Part shown: piece by piece, positions 42,631-50,300 of the stretch
How the letters are laid out: the number at the start of each line of letters is the position of its first letter
Numbering within the stretch: the stretch's first letter is position 1
Source of the DNA: an uncultured Varibaculum sp.
Lineage (GTDB): Bacteria > Actinomycetota > Actinomycetes > Actinomycetales > Actinomycetaceae
Length of the DNA stretch: 64,000 nt
Direction of reading: 5' to 3'
NCBI RefSeq assembly: GCF_902489465.1
Contig: NZ_CABTZZ010000003.1
Location: 12,108-76,107, forward strand
Made by a program: the position numbers and the translations under genes
Notes under the pieces: model-generated
The model's input: the letters and a program-made list of their open reading frames with translations, nothing else
Databases searched by the model: none
What the model was told of the DNA's origin: nothing

Positions 42631-42711
42631 GGATAGGGAAAACACATGAATCTATACCTCGCGCGTGACGTACGGACTTTTCGTAAACCCGGTGGGCTTT
42701 AGGCGGTGGGG

Positions 42712-44181
42712 TTACCAATCTAGGCTGAAGTATTGCACCTCTTGGAACTCCCTAATCCCTTCGCGGGCGCCCTCGCGACCAATCCCGGATTGTTTTACTC
42801 CACCAAAGGGTGCAGCGGGATCGGATACCAGGCCGCGGTTCACCCCCACCATGCCGACCTCGATCTTTTCTGCTAGATGCAGCGCCCAGTTTAGGTCGCC
42901 GTAAACGTAGGAGGCCAGCCCCATTTCGGTGCCATTTACCATATTGAGCAGTTCGTCCTCGTCAGCATATTCCTTAATGGGGGCAAGCGGGCCGAAGATT
43001 TCGTTTTGTAGGAGGGGAGAGTCGGCGCGGGGCACCTCGATAACTGTGGGTGCCACGAAGTATCCAGCTAGATCGCTGGGTAGGGGTGCTTGAGCAAGGA
43101 CTTTTGCTCCTTGGTCTAGGGCTGATTCGAGCAACTGATTCATTGCCTGCATAGCTTTTTCGTTAACTACCGGGCCGATTTCGGTTTCTGGATCTAGTCC
43201 CGCGCCCACTTTCAAAGCTGTTACTCGTTGGCAAAGTGCTTGCGTAAATTCTTCTTTAATGTCTTTGTGCAGGTAGATGCGGTTAGCGGCGGTGCAGGCT
43301 TGACCGCCGTTGCGGAACTTGGCAACCATTAGCCCCTCGACAGCGGCATCCACATCGGCGGTTGCTCCCACTACGAAGGCGGCATTTCCTCCAAGTTCCA
43401 TAGCGGTGTTCACTACCCGGGGAGCGGCGAGCCCCAGCAGGGTGCGTCCCACCGGGGTGGAGCCGGTGAAGGACACTAGGCGTACGCGGGGATCGGCTAG
43501 CCAGGTATTGGAAATTTCGGCAGAGTGGCGTGAAGGTACCAGGTTTACTACCCCGTCTGGTACGCCTGCCTCTTTTAGGATGCGCATAATGGCGAGGGCG
43601 GTTAAGGGGGTTTCGGAGGCTGGTTTTAGCACTACGGCGTTGCCGGCGGCGAGGGCGGGCGCGATTTTCCGGGTTGCCATGGCGGCAGGGAAATTCCAGG
43701 GAGTAATCAGCGCACATACCCCGACCGGGCGGGCGGTGACCAGGGTACGCGAGCCGCCTGCCGGCGGAATCGCATAATCGCCGTCAGAGCGGACTGCCTC
43801 TTCGGAGAACCAACGGAAGAATTCGGCGGCGTAGGAGGCTTCGCCCAGAGAATCGGGATAGGCTTTACCGTTTTCCCAGCTCATTAGGCTAGCGAGTTCC
43901 TTAGCGGAAGCCGTCATCAATTCCCAGGCGCGGCGCAGGATTTCGCCACGTTCGCGGGGAGAGCGGTCAGCCCACCCGGGTTGAGCGCTGACTGCCGCCT
44001 CGAGAGCAGCGCTGGCATCGGCGGTGGTGCCCGAGCTTACTTCGGTAATCGCGCGAGTGGTGGCGGGGTCTATTACCGGGAATGTTTCCCCGCTAGATGC
44101 TGGTCTGGGAGAGTTGTTAATCCAAACGGCTTTTGTCGGTTCCAGTTCTGCAACATACTGCGTTAGTTCTGCGCTATCCAT
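42712..44181 (-). CDS. gabD: NAD(P)-dependent succinate-semialdehyde dehydrogenase (aldehyde dehydrogenase family)
   Basis: 489-aa ORF with the catalytic motifs ELGGNA and GQACTAANR. Confidence 0.8.
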   Translation of the reverse strand: MDSAELTQYVAELEPTKAVWINNSPRPASSGETFPVIDPATTRAITEVSSGTTADASAALEAAVSAQPGWADRSPRERGEILRRAWELMTASAKELASLMSWENGKAYPDSLGEASYAAEFFRWFSEEAVRSDGDYAIPPAGGSRTLVTARPVGVCALITPWNFPAAMATRKIAPALAAGNAVVLKPASETPLTALAIMRILKEAGVPDGVVNLVPSRHSAEISNTWLADPRVRLVSFTGSTPVGRTLLGLAAPRVVNTAMELGGNAAFVVGATADVDAAVEGLMVAKFRNGGQACTAANRIYLHKDIKEEFTQALCQRVTALKVGAGLDPETEIGPVVNEKAMQAMNQLLESALDQGAKVLAQAPLPSDLAGYFVAPTVIEVPRADSPLLQNEIFGPLAPIKEYADEDELLNMVNGTEMGLASYVYGDLNWALHLAEKIEVGMVGVNRGLVSDPAAPFGGVKQSGIGREGAREGIREFQEVQYFSLDW

Positions 44182-44270
44182 AACCTCTTAATCTCTTTTC
44201 GTTTTAAATACCGCTTTTTCTGCGTCTTTGGTTCAGTTTATAGCGTTACCATCAGGGGTGGTAGAAAAGT

Positions 44271-44305
44271 ATCTCCCCCGAGCGGCTGGTCCGCTCGGGG
44301 GAGAT
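44271..44305 (-). terminator. Hairpin downstream of gdh
   Basis: 15-bp stem ATCTCCCCCGAGCGG/CCGCTCGGGGGAGAT with loop CTGGT. On the minus strand it is followed by ACTTTTCTAC. Confidence 0.6.
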
Positions 44306-44347
44306 ATGGTTTCACCTCAACGGGCAGATTCTCTGCCTAGGCGTCGA

Positions 44348-45604
44348 TCACGGGTAAAGACCGCGCCGTTTGTGAGCCTGCAAGACGCGTTCCACCGCCA
44401 ATACGGTAGCTGCCACCCGCAAGGTCACGCCCTTTTCTTCGGCGTAAGCCTCTACATCTTTCCAGGCGGCGGTAATCCGCTGTTCCTCTTCTTTTTGTAC
44501 TCGCTCTAGTGGCCAGAAGAAGTTGTCGCGTCCTTGTACCCATTCGTAGTAGGACACGATCACGCCACCGGAGTTTGCCAGAATGTCGGGAACCACCATT
44601 ACTCCCTTTTCATTCAAAATCTTGTCGGCGGCAGAATCGGTGGGGCCGTTGGCGCCTTCGACAATAATCTTGGCTTTCACATCGGGAGCATTTTCCTTGG
44701 TGAGCACGCCTTCAATGGCGGCTGGTACCACTACGTCTACGTCCAGAAGTAGCAGCTGAGAGGCGTCCATGGGTTCGGCACCGGGGAAGCCTACGACTTT
44801 GCCTTTTTCGTCAACGTATTCGCCGAGAGCTTTGGTGTCGATACCATCGGCGTTGTAGATGGCGCCAAAAATATCGGAGATGGCGACTACTTTGCCGCCG
44901 CGACGCTGCGCGATTTCGGCAGCTCCGCGCCCTACTTTACCGAAGCCTTGGATGGCCAGGGAGGCGTCCTCGAATTTAATGCCTTGTTTCTTCAGGGCGG
45001 CTTCTACCATGATTACTACGCCCAGGGAGGTTGCTTCTGCGCGTCCGAGTGATCCGCCGAGAGAAACGGGTTTACCAGTACAAATGCCGGGGACGGTATA
45101 GCCTTGGAACTGGGAATAGGTGTCCATAATCCAGGCCATGGTCTGTTCGTTAGTTCCCACGTCGGGGGCGGGAACGTCTTTTTCCGGGCCGATGATCGGC
45201 AGAATCTCGGAAATGTAGCGGCGAGTTACCCGCTCTAGTTCGGCTTGGGAATACTTGCTGGGGTCAATAGTTACCCCGCCTTTTGCTCCGCCATAGGGCA
45301 GATTCACTAGGGCGCATTTCCAGGTCATCCACATAGATAGGGCGCGAACTTCGTCAATATCGACGTTTTCGTTGTAACGGATGCCGCCTTTGGCCGGCCC
45401 GCGCGTCAAGTTGTGTTGTACCCGGTAGCCGTGCAGCACTTCATGGGTGCCGTCGTCGCGACGAATCGGAATAGAAACGCTCATTTCGCGGCGTGGCGAA
45501 GCGAGCATCTCGTAGTCGCCCTCGGAAAATCCCAGAATTTTCTGGGCTTCCCGTAGCTGATTCTTCGCGTCCTCATAGGGATTCGGTTTGTAATCCTCGG
45601 ACAT
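44348..45604 (-). CDS. gdhA: Glutamate dehydrogenase (Glu/Leu/Phe/Val dehydrogenase family)
   Basis: 418-aa ORF with the signature NLPYGGAKGGV and GPAKGGIRY. Confidence 0.9.
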   Translation of the reverse strand: MSEDYKPNPYEDAKNQLREAQKILGFSEGDYEMLASPRREMSVSIPIRRDDGTHEVLHGYRVQHNLTRGPAKGGIRYNENVDIDEVRALSMWMTWKCALVNLPYGGAKGGVTIDPSKYSQAELERVTRRYISEILPIIGPEKDVPAPDVGTNEQTMAWIMDTYSQFQGYTVPGICTGKPVSLGGSLGRAEATSLGVVIMVEAALKKQGIKFEDASLAIQGFGKVGRGAAEIAQRRGGKVVAISDIFGAIYNADGIDTKALGEYVDEKGKVVGFPGAEPMDASQLLLLDVDVVVPAAIEGVLTKENAPDVKAKIIVEGANGPTDSAADKILNEKGVMVVPDILANSGGVIVSYYEWVQGRDNFFWPLERVQKEEEQRITAAWKDVEAYAEEKGVTLRVAATVLAVERVLQAHKRRGLYP

Positions 45605-45675
45605 ATATTTTGATCTCCTTTAAGGTTATCGATTGGGGTCTGACCTTAGCTTTTCCTGACTGGCAGGAATCATTT

Positions 45676-45689
45676 ACGACGATCGTCGT
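45676..45689. promoter_or_regulatory. Perfect 14-bp palindrome in the gdh/pucR divergent promoter region
   Basis: ACGACGATCGTCGT. TATGCATA-type repeats lie nearby at ~45775-45830. A regulatory role is inferred from position only. Confidence 0.2.
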
Positions 45690-45806
45690 CATTACTAAGG
45701 CGGTCAGCGCCCCATCTACCTCCGTTTTGAGCGGTGGTAACTGCAGTCTATCTAGGACGTAAGTCAGGGGTAAATATGCAATATGCATAAAATCTGGAAG
45801 TAGAAT

Positions 45807-47318
45807 GTGCATAATGTATATATGATTACTGTGCAGGCGCTCCTGGGGCGACCGCATTTACATATTCAATCCCTTTGGTGTCCTAATCCTTTGGCCAAAC
45901 TACGTTGGGTGGCGACCTCGGAACAAATAAATCCCGCTATTTCCTTAGAGGGAAACGAGCTGCTGCTAACCACTTCCGCGGGGAATCCGGAGGCGGAAGC
46001 TGGTTGGCTCGAATATGCCCAGCGCCTGGTGGCGGGGGGAATCACTACCCTGGGATTCGGTTTGGGGCTTAGTCACGATACCGTTCCTCCGCACTTGGTG
46101 CAGGCAGCCCGGAAAACTGGTCTTAACTTAATTGAGGTAGCCGCCGATCAATCTTTTGTGGCGCTTTCCCAAGAAGTAGCGCGGATGATCGAGGTCGAAG
46201 CCACCTCCGGGAAATATAAACTGGCGGCTTTGCAACAGCGCCTGATCCAAGCATCTGCACAGCCGCGCAGTGTAGACCTGATTACGGGGGAGTTGGCGCG
46301 AGGGATCGGCGCACAGGTAATCATCAGAGATAAGGCGGGCAGGATGATAGCTCAAGCATCCGCGCCTACGTTGAGTGCCGATTTAGGGAATTTTGCAGAA
46401 CAATCTTGGGAGGGTTTTTCCGCAAATACCTCCCAGCTTTCCTTTGAAAGCGAGGAAGGATACTGTCTTTTCGCTGCTATTAACGCCCTAGGACAGGAAA
46501 CCGCTTGGCTGCAGGTGTGTTGGAGCGTATTTCCTCAGCCGTGGCAGCAGCAGGCGCTTTCGCAGGCGGGGCTGTTAATCGCCTCGGCGCTAGCTAATTC
46601 CCGCTTTGTGTCCTCCTATCATGGGCGCTTACTGCAGCGCGCTTTTACCCTGTTGCTTTCTGGGGAGCTGGGGGCGGCGCAGATTCTAACCGAGATGGCG
46701 TTTCCGGACGCGTGGGCGCTTAGTGGGCGCTATGTTCCGTTGGTAGTGGCAGGGGAGGAGGGCGACCTGCGGGCTTTGGCTGCCAGAGTGGAGCGGGCAG
46801 TAACTAAAACTATGCCACCGCCGCTGTGGCGTTTTCACGCCGATAATTTAGAAATGGCGATTCCGGTAGCGGCGTTGCCGCTGACTTTGTCCAACTTTTC
46901 GCAAAAACAGTTTTCGGCTTTGCGAGCGGGAGTAGGGCAGGATTACCCGATCTCGCGGTTTAGTGCAGGGCTATCCGGGGCGCGGCAAGCGCTGCGGCAC
47001 ACCGGAAATACCCAGCCGGTAGCCCGGTGGGAGGAGATTTCTCGTTCTGGACTATTGCAGGTAATGGGTAGGGAAACGGTAGCGGCGTTCTCTCAGCAAT
47101 TCCTGCGACCTCTACGGGGAGAAGCGGAACTACTGGCGCTGCTGGAACAGTATGTAGCCACTAAGGGTAATCGGCAACAGATGGCCAATACCCTGGGACT
47201 GCACCGTAACACCGTGGCGAAGCGGCTAGAAAAACTGCAAAGCAAACTGGGCGTTAACCTGGCAGAAGCCGGCGCTCAAGCCTCTGCCTGGGTAGCGCTA
47301 CAAGGACGCAATTCCTAG
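45807..47318 (+). CDS. PucR-family transcriptional regulator
   Basis: 503-aa ORF (an alternative ATG at 45822 gives MITVQALL). It has a C-terminal PucR-type HTH (NRQQMANTLGLHRNTVAKRLEKLQSKLG) and is divergent from gdh-gabD. Confidence 0.8.
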   Translation: MHNVYMITVQALLGRPHLHIQSLWCPNPLAKLRWVATSEQINPAISLEGNELLLTTSAGNPEAEAGWLEYAQRLVAGGITTLGFGLGLSHDTVPPHLVQAARKTGLNLIEVAADQSFVALSQEVARMIEVEATSGKYKLAALQQRLIQASAQPRSVDLITGELARGIGAQVIIRDKAGRMIAQASAPTLSADLGNFAEQSWEGFSANTSQLSFESEEGYCLFAAINALGQETAWLQVCWSVFPQPWQQQALSQAGLLIASALANSRFVSSYHGRLLQRAFTLLLSGELGAAQILTEMAFPDAWALSGRYVPLVVAGEEGDLRALAARVERAVTKTMPPPLWRFHADNLEMAIPVAALPLTLSNFSQKQFSALRAGVGQDYPISRFSAGLSGARQALRHTGNTQPVARWEEISRSGLLQVMGRETVAAFSQQFLRPLRGEAELLALLEQYVATKGNRQQMANTLGLHRNTVAKRLEKLQSKLGVNLAEAGAQASAWVALQGRNS

Positions 47319-50300
47319 CGGGCTTGGCGCAGCTGGCGAGCTGCGAGCAGTCCGGCACCGGCTAGTGCCAGGATCGCGGAGATCAAAGCCAGAGTGGCTC
47401 CGTTCGCACCGGTAATGCGCAGTGACGAGGGCGCCGGCCCCGCGCTAGCCTTAGAGCCGTTTGATCCACCGGTCATATAAGCACCGGCAGGCGCTTCGGT
47501 AGCTCCGCCGCTTTGGCCAGCTGACGGCGATGTGGTGCTTGCGCCATCCTTGTCACCCGGTTGGGGTTCAGAGGTGGGGTCAGTACTGGGCGCAGTCGGC
47601 TGGGAAGTAGGCTCGTCGCTAGGCTCCGTAGTCGGATCATCAGTCGGGTCGGTAGTCGGTTTATCTTCCGGTTCCGCCAGGTTAACGAACGGTTTCGCCG
47701 CGTTTTGTGACCATTTGCCATCCGTTCCCTTACTAAAGGAACGCGTTTGTGGTTCTGCCAGTTGCAGCCCCTTGGCAGTAGTTAGCTGCTTTAGTTGGTA
47801 CTGCAAGCTTACGTCGTCAACCTTTACTTTATAGGCACCGGTCGCAGCATCTTGGTCAGTGCGTACCGCGAAGGTGGTGGTGCCACTGACAATATCCGTG
47901 ACTTCAAAGGCAGCCGCGGTATTGGGCTTACCATCTTTGCCCAGGGGAGTGACCTGGAAAGAGGTTCCGGCTACTGCCTTACCCTGGGAATCAACTACCT
48001 TCCAGGTAAGTAACCCGCTGACCGGTTTCGGGCCAGGGGTGGGATCGGTAGCCTGCTTGCTATTGCTAATCACCAGCGTTCCCTCACTGAGGTCAACCCC
48101 GGTGTCATCTACTGAAACCTGGGCTTTTCCATTCTCAAAACTGATGGTGTAAGTCTTGGTGTCTTTGTCGTAGCCTTCCGGTGCTGCGGTCTGCTGCAAC
48201 TTATAGGTCTTAGCCTGATTCAAAGTGGCCTGGAACGAGGCATCCGCCTTATTCTCCGTGACCGGAACGGTTTCGTTGCCATCTTTCAGGGAGAAACTGC
48301 CGCCGGCTAGGGGATTAGAATCCTTATCTACCAGTTTCCAAGTAAACTGCGCGGTCTTAATCACCGGGGTGTTTTCAAACTTGAGGCCGCCCAGATCAAC
48401 GATTTGGCTGTAGCGTCCATCAGTTTGCAGCTTGAAGGTGACCTTTTGAGCGCCGGTCTTGGGAACGAAATCAGCGCCAGCGGTTAGCTGTTCCACCTGG
48501 TACTTAAGAGAACCATCTGGAACCTCTACCCGGTATTGTCCCAGATTCGGATTCAGATCCCGATCCCCGGCGATAGCGGTGGCATCAGACACGGTGAAAG
48601 ACTTCGCGGTATCCAAAGTTTGGCCATCAGGTTTAAAGGCAGTCACCTTAAAAGAAGTTCCTGGCACATACTGCGAAGCATCCGCGGAAGAAACCACTTC
48701 CCAACGAATCTCTGCCCTGGTAGGCAGCTTAACGTTCTTAATAACCAGACCGGCATCTGCCAACGGCTTACCATTTATCTGCGGCTGGTAGGTGTCACCC
48801 TTGGCAACGAAAGTTAGCTGATAGCTGGTCTTATCAACCTCATATCCGTTGGGAGCGGCGCTTTGCGTCAAAGTATAGGTCTTGGTGGGATCCAGATTCG
48901 AAGCGCTATACACCCCGGGATCCGCCGCGTCCTGGGAGATAACCGTCAACGGGGCAGCCCCACCGCTAAGGGTAAAGGTAGCTCCATTAAGGTTCTTACC
49001 GGCAGTGTCCGTCAGTTTCCAAGAGAATGAGGTAGTGGCCGGAGGCTTCGGTAGTGCCAGGTTGGTGAAGGTAACTTCGCTGGTTTCTTTACCGGCAACC
49101 ATCGCAGCCCAAATCCCATTGGCGTTATCTTTCTCTACGAAACTTATTTCATAGGAGGTAACGTCACCCAGCTTGTAGCCTTCAGGGGCGGCAGTCTGGG
49201 TGAGGGTGCAGGATTCCTTAGTGGGATCTAAAGAAACGCTATAGGTACCTGCGGCGCTGCCTGCAGCAGGAAGTGCTACGTCCTCAGAGCCGCAAACCAG
49301 TTTGAAGCTGCCGCCGGGTAACAGGTTATTGTCGGTATCTCGCAGCTGCCAGGTGAAAGACACTGGTTGGGGAGGCAGCGGACTCTTGGCGTTAGTAATC
49401 ACAAACGCTTCCCCGCTTACTGCCTTACCGTCAACTTTTGCCTGGTATCCTTGGGAGGTCTTGTCAAAAGTAACGGTATGACTGGTTTGCTGCGGCAAGT
49501 CGTAGCCTTTAGGAGCAGCGGTTTGGGTGAGCACATAGCTCTTTGCCGGATCCAAGTCACTGACGGTGAAAGTACCAGAAGCAGAATCCGGGACGGTAAC
49601 TGCCGCGCCGTCTTTTTCGGTCAAAGTAAACTGTCCGCCACTTAATGGCTGGCCTTGTGCATCTTGCAGTTGCCAGGTGAATGCAGTTTTTTCCGGCTTC
49701 GGATCCGGGGGAGTAACTGTGTCCTCACACTTAGTTACCGCTTTCACCACGGTATCGGCGCTCAGCTTGGTCTGCGTTAACTGATCCTCCGTTATCGGGG
49801 CATCATTGAGTTCCCAATGATCCACCGCGCAGATCTTACCCGAAACCGACGGCAAGGTTACCGCCGGTAGCGCTCCGATTACCGTATTCGGGGGCAGGAA
49901 ACGCGCAGTGGTATAAGCCTGGGGGAGGGAACCGCCCTCGCCAGCTACCTGGTACTTCAACGAGTAACCCTGCGCCCACAGCAACCCGTCCTGGGTGTAA
50001 ATCTGCCCGTTAACTGGGAAGATAAAGGCATCCGCCGCGTTCTTATCGCCGTGATAGGCGAACAGGCTGGGGGTCACTCGCGATTGCAGGTAATAGTTAC
50101 CGGTCTTGGGAACCGACAGTGCCAAGTTGTTGTAAAGAGTGCTGGTCAGGGCAGAAGAAAGTACAGTTTCGCCCTCGGTAGTGACCAGAGAGAAAGGCAC
50201 TGACTGTTTATTCTGGGTGAGTTTAGCTACTGCAGTACTCAGACCCAAAGTTTGCGGATTGCCAGCTCCGTCCGCTTTGCCATCAGCAAAACGCAAGTTT

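Noticed and set aside
41990-42711. Possibility that the large spacer encodes a known housekeeping RNA (RNase P RNA, tmRNA, SRP RNA, T-box, 6C)
   Set aside because: I could not find the diagnostic motifs. There is no GAGGAAAGTCC-type P4 strand, no tRNA-like 3' end with a TTCGA T-loop plus CCA, and no T-box sequence. An Rfam scan is still needed to exclude rarer families.
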